Shown here: one piece after another, positions 1-14,720 of the stretch
Layout of the letters: each line of letters begins with the position of its first letter
Numbering within the stretch: position 1 is the stretch's first letter
Assembly (NCBI RefSeq): GCF_009914755.1
Contig: NC_060935.1
Direction: 5' to 3' (one strand)
DNA: 64,000 nucleotides
From: the human T2T-CHM13v2.0 reference genome, Homo sapiens
The notes under the pieces: generated by a model
Database searches by the model: none
The model's input: the letters and a program-made list of their open reading frames with translations, nothing else
What the model was told of the DNA's origin: nothing
Position numbers and translations under genes: made by a program

Positions 1-101
1 GGGGCTTAGATATGCTAAGGAGTTTGATCTGAATTAATCGCTGCTTTCTTCTAAAAGATTGGTAGAAATGGACTCTATACTGCCCCCAGCATCCCCTACA
101 T

Positions 102-106
<5 letters not shown>

Positions 107-138
<32 letters not shown>
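107..138. repeat. (CA)n microsatellite
   Basis: About 16 CA units. Confidence 0.95.
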
Positions 139-140
<2 letters not shown>

Positions 141-172
141 GTTGAAATTATGCAGATACATTGATAACTTCT

Positions 173-870
173 TTTTTTAATTATTATTATTATACTTGAA
201 GTTCTGGGATACATGTGCAGAACATGCAGGTTTGTTACATAGGTATACATGTGCAACGGTGGTTTGCTGCACTCATCAACCCGTCATCTACATTAGGTAT
301 TTCTCCTAATGCTGTCTCTCCCCTAGCCACCACCCCCTGATGTGTGATGTTCCCCTCCTGTGTCCATGTGTTCTCATTGTTCAGCTCCCACTTATGAGTG
401 AGAACATGTGGTGTTTGGTTTTGTTTCTGTGTTAGTTTGTTGAGAATGATGGTTTCCAGCTTCATCCATGTCCCTGCAAAGGTTATGAACTCATCCTTTT
501 TTATGGCTGCATAGTATTCCATGGTGTATATGTGCCACATTTTCTTAATCCAGTCTATCATTGATGGGCATTTGGGTTGGTTCCATGTCTTTGCTGTTGT
601 GAATAGTACTGCAGTAAACATACGTGTGCATGTGTCTTTATAGTAGAATGATTTATAATCCTTTGGTTATATACCCAGTAATGGGATTGCTGGGTCAAAT
701 GATATTTCTAGTTCTAGATCCTTGAGGAATCACCGCATTGTCTTCCACAGTGGATGAACTAATTTACGCTCCCACCAACAGTGTAAAAGCGTTCCTATTT
801 CTCCACATCCTCTCCAGCATCTGTTGTTTCCTGACTTTTTAATGATTGCCATTCTAACTGGCGTGAGATG
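173..870 (-). mobile_element. 5'-truncated primate L1 (L1PA-type) 3' end
   Basis: ORF 235-621(-) matches the L1 ORF2 C-terminus (KTWNQPKCPS...WHIYTMEYYAAIKK); L1PA 3' UTR; TSD-like gatac..tgataacttct at 155-172 and 871-888. Confidence 0.92.
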
Positions 871-1112
871 GATACCCTGATAACTTCTAATAGCAGGTTA
901 ATTGTTCATACTAGAGATTCTGAGTTGGCTATAACTAAAAGGCCTTATTTTAAAAAGATTACATTGGGATAACTTACTATTCCAGTGCAGCTTTTCAGGG
1001 AGTCAGGGCTAATAATAATAGCATCTTACCATGTGCTACGCAATGGTCTAGCTCTTTGCATGTAATTCTCAACAACCTAATGAAATGGATATTATTATTA
1101 AGCTCAATTTGC

Positions 1113-1232
1113 AGCCAGTGCAGTGGCACACGCCAGGAGGCTGAAGTAAGAGGATCACTTGAGCCCAGCAGTTCAAGTCCAGCCTGGGCAACATAGTGAG
1201 ACCCCCATCTCTTAAAAGACAAAAACAAAAAA
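1113..1232 (+). mobile_element. Alu monomer (FLAM-like) inserted in a MIR (~1010-1300)
   Basis: Single Alu arm with A-rich tail; flanks resemble MIR core (gatgaggaaa...aggtaaagtaacttg). Confidence 0.75.
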
Positions 1233-2301
1233 CTCACTTTGTAGATGAGGAAAACGATTCACAAAAAGGTAAAGTAACTTGTCTTGCGCCAGGCTGTACC
1301 CATAACCACTGCTCTAATGCTCTTACAAAGTTTTGATGCCTCTCAATTCATTTGTGGCATTTCTTTATTATAACTAACCAAAAAGCATCCTAAGTTACCC
1401 AACCAGGAATCTCTACCAATATATGAGATTTAGAAGGTAAGAATTCTTTTTAACAAATAAGTGGTTACCCAACTCTAATTAGAAAGTGGAAAATACTCTT
1501 CTAGCAATTTGTAAACAATTAAGATGAGAAGATAGGAGATCCTGAGAACTTAGAATACTTTGAAAAACTGTTTAGCCACATGATAAATTGTGACTTTACC
1601 CGTCAGGAGACTTTACTTTGACAAGGTATATTAAATATGTAGTTGTTTTTGCAAACACCCTTGTAGGATAGGTTAGTATTAATTACCCTATTTATGCAGG
1701 AGATATCTAAGCATAGAAAAGAATGTTAATATACTAGGATCTCATAGTAGTTCCAGAATCAGAAATACCCTTTTTGGAGTTTTATACTTAGTTGATAGTC
1801 TTGTAGTCTCTTACTTCTAAGAAAAACCGAACTGCCAGGATTTGAATTAGATGCTAAATGCTTTGCAAGCAAGTAACAGCATTAAACACAGAAAAGTGTT
1901 TTCCATTTTCACCTGGGACCTCGTTACCTAAAGCATTTTGTTTAAATAGTGTTGTTCCTTTAAAGAAAACTCATACCTCTCAAGGTTAGTGTAAGTCATA
2001 GAATCTCCCCATTTTTGTGTCAGCAAAAAATAAGTCTTATGCATAGAAGATGACTTGCTACTTTCCAAGTATCTTTCCATTTTTCCTTCTCCAATATTTT
2101 CCTGTGTTTCTTTCATGAGAACATCATTCCGACCTCTGCCAGGAAAACAGGCAATATTTTTCCACAAAGGCAACTTTTTTTAGTTCCCCTTTGAGCTGGA
2201 GCAGACCTATACGGTAGTCTAAAGAATGGAAATTTTAAGTTCTTCTGAAATACTTCACCTACCCTTAGAAACTGGAAGGAGTAATTTTTAAAATTAGATA
2301 A

Positions 2302-2688
<387 letters not shown>

Positions 2689-3555
2689 AAACTGGTCTGT
2701 TTTTAACAGTTGAGCGTAAGAACGTTAGTATTCACAATTCTACTCTTAAAGCATGTAGCTTTTATGTGATCATTTTGATGCCTACTTCCAAGAAATACCC
2801 TAACATAAACCTCTTACTCTTTTTTTATTCCTCCTGTTCTCCTCCCGATTCTTCTTCTCCTCTCCCTCTGAGAGATGTTGGCCCCAATTTCGTGAATTTG
2901 AGGACAAGACATTCTTAGAATGCACATGGCTTGCACAAGATGTCTGAGTTTGAGGTCATGCAGAAGGAGTAATTTAGCTTCAGGGTCCCTTGTGCACATA
3001 ATATTTTATAAATTACCTACAAGATATTTTTTCGTATTGCATAAGTTTAAAAAGATGAGACCAATTAAATTTTTACTGTGGGCAGAGGGTGGGAGAGAAA
3101 CAGAAGAGAATCAAATGTTGAGGGAGGAAATCAACTTCAGAAAACACAGAGTTTCACTGGGTTCCAGTCTTAAATGTTTGTCGTTTGCTTTTATAATGTT
3201 TTACACAACATGTGTCAATGTGAAGAATGCTTTAATCAGCATCATTGTCATAATTATTTCCTCTCTGCTTTTAATAGTCGTGCTTATTTATATCCCAATT
3301 AAGAATTGTCTCTGAGAAGTGTGATGTTCTTCATAATAAATTATACTCAATTGGGTGTGCAGAGTTGGTTGATGTCATTATTCTGTTTTATTTTAATGCT
3401 CTTATGTTTAGCTCCCCTGACTTAACTACACATACCAGATGGTGAAAATAGAAGTGGAGGCAAATTAACAACCTCTGTCCTGTCATAGGAGAATCTGGAG
3501 AAAGAAAGCAACTACCATTGCTCATGGCTTCTTTCCCATTAGCCCTCCATGGGCG

Positions 3556-3558
<3 letters not shown>

Positions 3559-3592
<34 letters not shown>
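3559..3592. repeat. (CA)n microsatellite within a duplicated unit
   Basis: About 17 AC units. Confidence 0.95.
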
Positions 3593-3595
<3 letters not shown>

Positions 3596-4437
3596 CATGG
3601 CCTCTTTCCCATTAGCCCTTCATGGGTGGGCACACACACACACCACATTCAGTCTTTTACAAGTTGTACTTTTCACTGCTCCCAAACACAAATGAGAATT
3701 CCTGTGCCTGTTGCTTTGCCCAACACATTATTCTTCCTTGCCTAGAATGCTGCCTTCCCTACTGATCGGCGGGGGGAAGCCTAGAAGCCTTGTAATAAGA
3801 TAAACCTGATCCAGATCTCAGATCTACTACTTACTTTTGACTTTAGGCAAGTTACTTTATTTCACTGAGAATCGGTTTCCTCATTTCTAAAATGAAGATG
3901 CACATGGTTTTTATGAGGATAAAGTGGAGGAAAAAATATAAAGCATTCAAAAAATATTTCTTCCATTTCATGTAGTTCCCCTTTTATAAGTCCTGCCTAT
4001 TCTTTAAAATTCGAGTTCTAACTACTCAAAGCTTATTCTCTGAAGCACTTATTTGGAACAAGTATTCTTTGCTGTCTTGTATTTACTGTCTCCCCAAGTT
4101 GTTTGTCGATTTCTTGAGAGCTAAAACTCTTAAAACAAAGAATCCTCAATTTCTGACATAGTCTTGTTAAATATGGTAGCCTCCAATGTATAATAGTGTA
4201 AAAGTGGAAAATGGAAAATGACTCTCTAAGCATGTGGTCCCCTTACTCTAAAGTCATTAAGTTGGAAAAGGTTTTGAGTCCATTACATTTTCTTGGCACA
4301 GTAAGGGAGATGGCATTAGAAGTACTTCCTTAAATTGTGAAATCTGAAAGAGAGCCATCAGTCAAGAAAGAGACATCTTGTGTTTCCACTCATGTGGAGA
4401 GAGCTTGATTTGGTGAATCTGTACACACAGATAAGAT

Positions 4438-4496
<59 letters not shown>
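4438..4496. repeat. (GATA)n tetranucleotide STR
   Basis: About 14-15 perfect GATA units. Confidence 0.97.
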
Positions 4497-5527
4497 CGGT
4501 CTATCTTTGAGACAACATTCTCTAAAAATTAAACATAGAATGTGTTTGAATGTTCTGGTAAAGGAGAACAGCTACTTACACACTCTTAACCAAAGAATTG
4601 TCCTCTAACAGGAAAGTTGTGATTCTCCAATGAAAATGCATTTTCATTGACAATGTCCATGGAACACAAGGGGGAAAGAGGACACCTGTTCAGCTTGCCA
4701 GATCAGCTAGAACTAATCAAGGGTAGTCAAAGGAGGGACAGATGTCAGCCAGATTGCTGCCATGTTAGATATAACTATCTGGTAACATACTCCCCTACCC
4801 AGAGAATGACCATCAGGTATAGCTGAATAGTGGGGGTTTGGGTTCATATTAACACAAAACTCTTAATAGGATCAAAATCCTTTGACTCACAGGTAAAAGT
4901 CGCCATAGAGGTCATTCCCACTATACATGCCGAAAGTTATTTTTATTGATATGACCAGAACCTGTTTTCCAAAAGAAACATTGCAAAACATTTCCAAAAG
5001 TTATATTGCAGCCTTAATTGTTGACTTTCTGCCATCATCCCCCTTTAATTCTTTGGCTTTTAATTTTTAATAATTCCTCACCTTTTGGTATATCTCATTT
5101 TAAGCCATGATGCAAAAATAGTATTTTTCTCTGCTATAATTTATCTCAGACTTATCCAGGTATTAACCTGTCATTTCTCACAAATAGAAGGAAAGCTTTT
5201 TGATGATATTTCTAACTTCAAGAAAATATTTCATGGCCATTATGAATGGAACAAGGTCTTGGGGCTTGATCTTTGTTGTTACAGTTGTTTTTCTCCTCCT
5301 AAATACTTGACAATAGCCTACAGCTGAAACTTGAACTTCAGCGCAAAATCTTGAATCACAGTAATGATCTGGCTTTGGGTGCTGCAGCTCACTGATTTTT
5401 GTGTGTTCTGCTGAAGAAAAACCGGCATTGTCACATTTTTGCTCTTCTTGATATTTTAGGACCTTGTACTGTAGTACTACACGAGAGATATTTCTAATGT
5501 GCTATATCTGTGTCTCTTGTCATTGAG

Positions 5528-5698
5528 GTAATTGTCATGAGAAAACCCTGGACAACAGCCATGACAAACAGAAATATTTTGACAACTCACAGTCACTGGA
5601 TGCTGCTGAAGAAGAGCCCTCTGAGAGAGGAACAGAGGAGGACCCTGTATTCTCTGTTGAGAATTCAGGGAGGGACTCAGATGCCCTTAGACTTGAAA
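5528..5698 (+). CDS. TTC17: TTC17 internal coding exon, 171 nt, phase 1-1 (probable cassette exon)
   Basis: Acceptor ttgtcattgag|G and donor GAAA|gtaagt. Open frame (x)NCHEKTLDNSHDKQKYFDNSQSLDAAEEEPSERGTEEDPVFSVENSGRDSDALRLE joins in phase to the exon at 12688. Confidence 0.8.
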
Positions 5699-6079
5699 GT
5701 AAGTTGATTTGACCTGAGCTGTGCTTCTGGGGAAAAATCAACTCTCAAGCTTTAAGCTTAGGCTTTTCTCTACTTTTAAGAATTTGTTTTCTTCTTTAAC
5801 AATCATTATATTGTAGCATCATGAGGGTGACCCCTAGGTGGTGAGGCAGAAGACAAGCTTTAGTGTGAAAGTGTTCACACCTCAGTGTCTTCTGTTGCTA
5901 GAACAAATCTGATTTGTTTATGTATCAGTCTTCTTAATGTTACTGGTATATTGAGTAAATCATTATAAAAGGAAGATAAGTTGCTTTTACATTAAACCCA
6001 GTAAAATATGAAGATTTGGAATAGTGGGCTTACCTATTACGCCCTCTCCTAAGATTCCATTTTATGACCCACATTTTGA

Positions 6080-6900
6080 GCTATATTGTACTAAACAGTT
6101 CTTGCTAAGATTATCAGAATTGCCAAAACGCATGACTTCTTTTTAGTATTCACCCACTTGACCACTTTACTCTATCTGGAACCATGCATAACTCATCCCC
6201 ACTTCTTGAAACTCTCTCCTTTCCTCTTGGCTTCTGGAATATCACTTGCTCTTAGCTTTCTTCTATCCACACATCATCTTTTAAAATTTCTTTCACTTAC
6301 ACTTTATTCTGCCCTTTATTTGTTGGGTTATCCAGGATCCTAACTTTGACCTTCTATTCTCATCCTTCTATGTATTATCTCTTGGTGATTCAAATACCCT
6401 TGACTACACCAATGTCTCCAGACCTATATTTCAGCTAAGACATTCTCTACAACTCCAGATCTTATTTCTACTTTTTTTTTTTAGCGTACTCTTTATCTGG
6501 ATGTGCCATAGGCACTTAAATGTAGCATATCCAAAATTGAACTCTTCTTCATATTGGCCCTATTTTCTGAAATGCTTCTAATTTCTGTATTCCTGATCTC
6601 TCTTAAGAACATCACAACTCACCCAGGCACCACTGTATCCAGTCAGTCTCTCAGACCTGTTGCATCTATATCTCTTCATTTATTCCCACTGCCACTGCTT
6701 GAATTCAGACTTTCTTCATTTCTGCCTACACTATTGCAGTAGCGTCTTAATTTGGCTCTCTAAATCTAGTCTTTTATTTTAGTCTGTATGTGAAGAAAGA
6801 GAATACATGTAATCAATACAGAATTTTAAAGGCGGAAACAACCACTGTTAACTAACTTTTTGTGCGTCCAAAGAGTTGTTTCTAAAATGTAAATCTGATC
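6080..6900 (+). mobile_element. Degenerate L2 fragments
   Basis: Pyrimidine-rich sequence with L2-type phrases (tctccagacctatatt, tggatgtgccataggcacttaaa, ctaaaatgtaaatctgatca). Confidence 0.55.
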
Positions 6901-7501
6901 AGATTTGCAAGTTACTTAATCTTCCTGAGCCTTTCTTACCTCATTTATTTAAAAACAAACCAACAAAAATGCTGTATAGAGTGGTTTTGAGTATTTAAAT
7001 GAAATAACTTTGGGAAGCATTTATTTTAGTGCCTGGTACTCAGAACCCAGTAAATGTTCTACAAATGTAGATATAATTGCATCTTCAGGAGTCAAAGTCT
7101 TTACAAACACATACACATAGTACATGATCAGTAAACATCTGTTCAGTTCAAGGGAGCCATAATACATTTGCACAAGAATTGTTACAGGAAAGATTCCCTG
7201 TTTGCTTTTCTGGGTTATCTACTCAGAGTTCCCGGTTTTCTCTTGCTATAGTGACCCAGCTAAAAAAAGGAAGAACGCCACTGGTGGCAACAAATACTTA
7301 TGATTATTGTTTTCTGCTCAGAAGAGAATGATTTCCCTACCTACCTTAATCCGAATGATTTAATCTAAGCCTTTTGCGCTTTCTGATTACTGGCTTGAAA
7401 TTTTATGTCATTGTTTATATGTTAAATTGTAAGCATATCTGCAGCTTTCCAATCTGACTTCAAATCAGATCACTGCCTTTTAAAGAGAACCCTAGGACTG
7501 A

Positions 7502-7808
<307 letters not shown>

Positions 7809-8822
7809 GTATGGTGGTAATCTTAATTTGGAATCAAGTTTGTCTAATTCCTTAGAATACTCTTTCTCTTTTGTGAGACAAAGGGACATATTCCTTCTAC
7901 AGTATTGTTATTAAAGATAGTATGTGCCTTACTTGCCTTCAGAAGCCACAATCTTAAGTACTCTGGCACCCATTGATATTACTCATGCAAGACTTTCTGG
8001 AGGAAGATGTTGTCGGTCAGATTTTGTTGGCCATCTCTTTGAATTTGTGTTCTTTACCTCTTTCTATGGCTGTGTTTACTTCTGTCTTGTTTTGAATCTA
8101 GCACTCATCTTTCCATCCTCTGCTCCCTAAACTCCTTGAAACTTCTCTTCCAAGATTGTTAATGTTGTTTCTTATCAAATATAGTCACCTTCTGTTAATT
8201 GGCTTCTGATATTCCACTCCCTCTCAATAGTGTCCTCTGCAGCCATTAACTGGCTTCTGTTTCTACTCCAGGTATGATGATCCCAGTTTCTTCCCGGATA
8301 ACCATTGTCATTTGATCCAAAAGTCTTTCCTAATATTGAGCCTCTCATTTCTAGTTTTGTCTTATGAGGCTAACAGCATCAGTCTTGTTTCTCATTAATA
8401 GCACATTCCCTTAGGCGTTGAAGATGGTTATTGTTCCTGCCTACCTTCCTTTCCTATGTCTTTGCTTCTCTTCAGTTAAATGTCCTCACTTCCTTGAATA
8501 ACTTATGTTATGGCATCTAGTCTCTTCATTGTCTTTGAAGTAATCTCTTTGGAATTTTTCAAAATCTTTTCAAGCCCGAATTTTTGGTGCAATATATCAG
8601 CTACTCTTCCTGCCACTGGATCCCCGTCGACTTCTTCAGTCTGTCTTCATTTAATGTGGTTTTGAGTACTTTTGCCAAGTATATTTTCTGTGAATGTGCT
8701 CTGCTTTGGATATCTCTTAAAGTGAGGTGCACAGACTTAAACATGAATCTCCAGATGTGTGTGGAACATTACAAGCTTCTTTTTGTTTTCAACAGGACTA
8801 CATATGCATAGCTTCATGTCTT

Positions 8823-9135
<313 letters not shown>

Positions 9136-10351
9136 GTAGCTTCATCTCTTAACACTTCTCCTAGTCCCTGTGATTCTTGATAGTACCTAATATGGCTCAG
9201 ATACAAGTATAAACCTTCCCACTACCCTGGAATAGGCTTCATCTCAGTAAAGGATGTGAACTCATATAAACCTCACTGTGGATGCTCACATTCTCTCCAA
9301 CTTCACAATATTTATTCTTCTTCCCAGTGTGAAAATGGTGCTTGGTAACGAAAATCAAGAAAAAATAGGCTCTGTTTTCAGTTTATATCATACCATCTGT
9401 CCTACAAGCAGCAAGCCTAAGATTTACTTATTCCTCTTGCTTCAAGCATAATTTGAAACCTTCTGAGATCTCTCTACAATCCAGACCTTTCACCAAACCA
9501 GAATTCGGTATTTTCAGCTGTATAGGACAGTTGTGTAGGACAGTGTTCTATATAGGACAATATCTGAAGATACATTCCTCCATCCATTCTTGTCTAGACT
9601 GTAAGTTCCATGGGTTGTTACAACCCAGCCCTCAGCACATTGCTAGATACAGCAACAAACATTTTCATGAATTAATGACAAGTGTCTACAATTCCAACTC
9701 TTTATCCTGTTGCCCTTTCCTAACTCCATTGTCTTTATAAATATCATTCTGTTTACATATTCACAGATTCTAAACCTATAGTCATATATTAAAAATCCCA
9801 GTTTTTCACATTAGACTGAAAAATCTTGAAATCACCTTTGAGCCTATCCTATTACTAATTTTTCTCCATTAACATTTCCTTGTATACCTCTTTACCCTCT
9901 CTTTTTTAAAGATTCCTTTTCCCTTTACCTTAAGACAACCTACTTCTGTAACTCTTATAAAGATTATTCAATACCTTTCTAATTGGTCTCTTTGTCTTCT
10001 GTCTTCTCTTTCCTTGTCCAACACCCCAGTTCCGATACACAAACTGATTTACTACTCTAAGACTTTAACCTTTGTAATTATTATGGCCCTCATCCTGTTA
10101 TTCTTCTGTTTAAGAAACAAGAGGCTCCCTTTACAACAAATCCTCTTCGTGACTTTCCCACACATTTGTAACATCACCTACCTTTTCCTCAGTATCTTAT
10201 TTGTTACTATCCCCTGTATACATTCTTTATTCTAATTAATTTGAAATTGGTAATGCCCTCACATGTGCCTTTACTATCCCTGTATGTATGTGTGTAGACA
10301 AATGAGTCTATGCATACATGCTTTAAAAAAAAAAAATTGTTAACTCTGGAA

Positions 10352-10683
<332 letters not shown>

Positions 10684-11286
10684 CTACTCTTATCTGTTTA
10701 AATCCTGTCTCAGGTAGTCCGCCTTTCTCTAAGAAGCATTTTGTGATTACATGCAAATATTTTTTTCCTCTAAAAAAAAATTAATTTTTCTCTTATTATT
10801 TCATGTATGTAGTTGTCTGTCTCCAACTTGATTATAAATTCATTATATTTCATTTCTTAAGGTTAGAAACTTTCCATTTTTTTTTGTTCCCACCTACAGC
10901 TTACAGAGATAGACATATAGTAGGCTGTCAATAAAGTTTGGTTTATTTTTTGCTAACTCAGAGCACACTTATAATCTACTTATTCTTCACCTGTGAGGAG
11001 AAAATATAAAAATATGTACATATTTAGTGTTGTTTTTTTAGGAATTGCTTTCGCCCCAACCCCAGCAGCCTTTAGAAAAGCTTAATGGCTACCAGCAACA
11101 GAAGCCTTCAGCAAGCTCCATATTCTCTCTTCATTTGAATATCAGTTTCCATTAATGAAAGCCCCTCTCTCTCAGAATTTTTAAATAACGATAAATATTA
11201 CCATATGGTAGGAGCACAAGGAAGCAATCACCTTGGGTTACTGGGTTTGCAGAACTCTTCGTAGCTAAACAGCATGAATTTTTTCC

Positions 11287-11640
11287 AATGTGTTGCTTAA
11301 CGACAGGGATATGTTCTAGGAAATGCGTCCTTGGGTGATTTTGCCGTCGTGGGAACATCATAGAGTGTACTGTACTTACTTACACAAAGCTAGGTGGTAT
11401 AGCCTACTGCACTCCCGCGTTATATTGTGTAGCTTCTTGCTCCTAGGCTACAAACCTCTACAGCATGTTTATGTACTGCAATACCGTAGGCAAGCGTAAC
11501 ACAATGGTAAATATTTGTGTCTCTAAACATATTTAAATGCAGAAAAGGTACAGGGGAAATACAGTATTATAATTTTATGGCACCACCATGGTATATGCAG
11601 TTCATCATTGACCAGAACTTCATTATGTGGTGCATGGCTA
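11287..11640. mobile_element. Tigger3a/MER7-type DNA transposon relic
   Basis: gcttaacgacagggatatgttctaggaaatgcgtc...ctcctaggctacaaacc...cattgaccagaacttcattatgtggtgcatg matches the recalled consensus. Confidence 0.75.
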
Positions 11641-12687
11641 TAATACCATGTTCTAAATCCCTGAACAAGCCAGAATTACCAACTGAAGATTATTGCACTA
11701 GAATAATGAAACTGGCATTTTGTGAGGTATCAACCCAGAGCTCTCAGGTTTTCCTGTGGGTACATGTTACAAAAGGAGACATTTTGTTATTTGTTCTTGT
11801 ACCCTATCTACTTCCTAAAGGGACTAGGGATGACTTTCATGGAATGCACAGTGTAACATCCAGCCAATTCAAAATAAACAGGAAAAGTTAAGTAGTGAAG
11901 AATTTTTTAAAAGAAAGCCTTCTATTAAGAAACTCGGGCTAATTTTGCCTGAGCTTCCTTGTTATTCAAGCTTAGAGGAGAACTCAAGAGGGCTGTGTAA
12001 CCTTCATTGGATAATAAAGGAAACATACTGAGTTCTCAGGAGAGAGAATTTTTGCTAGGCCATTACACTGAGAGTCTTCCATAGGAGTCTTTATGTAAGA
12101 GACTTGAGCCACCTAAATAATATCTTGGTAATCATTTTAGAAAGAAATTATTGTAGTATATTGCTATTTCTTATATCAGCCATTTAGTGAAAAATGGGAG
12201 CCTTCATGTAGAATTAGGATAGTTTTCCATTAAACAAATCATTTTTCAATTAAGGCAATTAAGCCAGCTATATGGTCTGGACACACAGCTATGTCCAGAT
12301 ACTTGAATAAACCTTGAAGAATCCCATATATTAAATAACATAATAAGCTTCATCCTTGCCATCTATGTTTTGAATGTAGAGCAAGTGGATCTTTTTTAAA
12401 AAATAGTGTATCACATACCTGTCCCCATGCTCGCTAATAACAGAATCTCTGACTGCCTGCTCTCTAGCTGCCACTGTTCTCAGCCAGGCTTTTGGCAAAC
12501 GCTAGATGACAAAGTTGGTATTTTATTATGTATTTTGAAGATGCTGAATGGAATTTTTATTACATTGGGCTATAGTAGTGCCTCTAAGCAGAGCCAAAAC
12601 GTTTCTCCAAAAGCAGGGTTGGAGTCACCCAAGGTCTTGAATGAGTACTGTGTACCTTTTACTAACGTGCTGGCCCTTGAATTTCAG

Positions 12688-12947
12688 GTACGGTGGTTGA
12701 GGAGAGCAATGGTTCTGATGAGATGGAGAATTCAGATGAAACCAAAATGTCAGAAGAAATACTGGCTTTGGTGGATGAATTTCAACAGGCATGGCCTTTG
12801 GAAGGCTTTGGGGGTGCACTAGAGATGAAAGGGCGGCGTCTAGACTTACAAGGAATACGGGTGCTGAAGAAAGGTCCCCAGGATGGAGTGGCCAGAAGCT
12901 CTTGCTATGGAGACTGCAGAAGTGAAGATGATGAAGCAACAGAATGG
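12688..12947 (+). CDS. TTC17: TTC17 coding exon, 260 nt
   Basis: TACTAAC branch point at 12660-12666, tttcag|G acceptor, TGG|gtaagt donor. Encodes TVVEESNGSDEMENSDETKMSEEILALVDEFQQAW...EDDEATEW (ORF 12693-12965). Confidence 0.95.
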
Positions 12948-13418
12948 GTAAGTTTGCCAACTTAATTCTCACAAAATTGTAGCCCATGCCTTTCAGGGGA
13001 TCCTAATATGCAAAGTGGGAAGTTTCTGTTGGATATGTGGCACTACTTGGCTATGCACTCCAGGACAGCCTTCACATTGGAATTTTATTGGGAGGAAGCA
13101 TTTCATGTTACTTATGTATTGCTGGCTCTTCTGGAAGGCAGGAGGAAATGGGATGGGTGTGAAGCCACTGTCAGAGCCTGCAGACTTGGAACTGTCCAGT
13201 TCAGACATCTTTCTTTTCGGTTTCTTCTATACATTCTTCGAGACTAGGTTATTTTGTTCATTTCACTAACCATTTTTTATTTAGGTCTTTAAGAATTAAA
13301 CTCAAGGAGAGAACTTAACCTGAGCACAGTACTTGGTTATTCTTAAACTAGTATTCACAAATCATTGACAGATTTGATCACTGGTCTCATTTGTCCCTAA
13401 CATGTTTCTGTTTCCCAG

Positions 13419-13572
13419 ATTACATTCCAGGTCAAACGTGTAAAGAAACCCAAAGGAGATCATAAGAAAACTCCTGGGAAAAAAGTAGAAACAGGTCAGA
13501 TAGAAAATGGACATCGTTACCAAGCAAACCTAGAGATCACTGGCCCCAAGGTGGCATCTCCTGGGCCACAAG
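13419..13572 (+). CDS. TTC17: TTC17 coding exon, 154 nt
   Basis: tttcccag|ATT acceptor, CAAG|gtaaat donor. Encodes ITFQVKRVKKPKGDHKKTPGKKVETGQIENGHRYQANLEITGPKVASPGPQ; phase 0 in, phase 1 out. Confidence 0.93.
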
Positions 13573-14081
13573 GTAAATTTGAATGTTTAATATGCCAGTT
13601 TCTTGTTTTAGATGTCACTATCTCATTTCTCACAAAGGTTGTATTTGTAACTTGAAATAGTTCAGATGAGATGATAAAGGGGCAAAGTGTGGTCAAGAAA
13701 CCAGTCTATCTTCTGTATCAATGAAAAAAATGTTCAAACTCTAAAACATTATGGAAATGCAAATTCCAGTGGATTTAACATTATGTGTAATAAATCATAA
13801 AGGAAGAAAAATTAGGTGAATATTTACATGCTCTTTCCATGTGGAAAGAACTTTCTAAGGCAGAGAGAGGGAAAGAAAATAATAATTCTGACACTGGAAA
13901 GTACCACAAAATAAGACAAAGGACTGAAGCAAAGTTTTTTTGTAGATTATTTTTGTATATATTTACAGAATATATGATAAGCAGAGGGTATCAATATCAT
14001 TTAAAGAGCACCTACAAATCAATATGAAACATACAGTATTTCAGTAAAATACGTGCAGCGTACATAGGCAGTTCACCAAAT

Positions 14082-14084
<3 letters not shown>

Positions 14085-14122
<38 letters not shown>
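14085..14122. repeat. (CA)n microsatellite within old L1M fragments (~13690-14900)
   Basis: About 18 CA units. Confidence 0.93.
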
Positions 14123-14124
<2 letters not shown>

Positions 14125-14552
14125 TGGCCGCTAAACTTGAGAAGATATTCAACCTCATCAGCAATCAGAGGAGCGCAGACATAAACAGTAAGATACCAGT
14201 TTTGATTATCAAATTGTTTTTAAATGTGTAACACACATTTTATTTAACTGAAGTGAATTTTGGGGCAGTCTGACTAGACGCATCAGAAAATTTAAAAATA
14301 TACCAGTTATTCTACTTCTAGTAATTTACCCTAAGTAAATCATCTTACAAGTGCCATAGATGTAAGTAGAAAGATTATTGATCATGGGATTGCTTATAAT
14401 AAAAATTTGTAAACAACATAAATGTTGTAATTGCCTAAATAAATCATAACACATCTATGCTGCATAATATGCACTCAAGATATTGGTAATATAGTAAGTA
14501 AAGAAAAGCAATTTATAAAGTAGTAAATGTAGAGAATACCTTAATCATTATG

Positions 14553-14720
14553 CTATATTTCATCAACTACATTTTTTTCACATTTCAATATCTCTGAAAT
14601 TGGAATACATCTTACAGTTGATAGTATCTTATATAATAATTGCCACTGTTTTTCTTTCTTAAATCCTGTAAAATAATGTATGTTTACAGTTGGCAGCATC
14701 TTAGATTTGATGAAATATGG
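14553..14720. mobile_element. MER104-like (TcMar-Tc2) MITE
   Basis: Terminal inverted repeats atatttcatcaa / ttgatgaaatat; internal atctctgaaattgg. Confidence 0.6.

Noticed and set aside
235-621. 128-aa ORF similar to L1 ORF2p
   Set aside because: 5'-truncated L1 with a frameshifted C-terminus; cannot encode functional ORF2p.
12406-12987. Overlapping ORFs 12406-12822(+) and 12625-12987(-)
   Set aside because: Alternative frame and antisense of a TTC17 exon; only the splice-consistent frame is supported.
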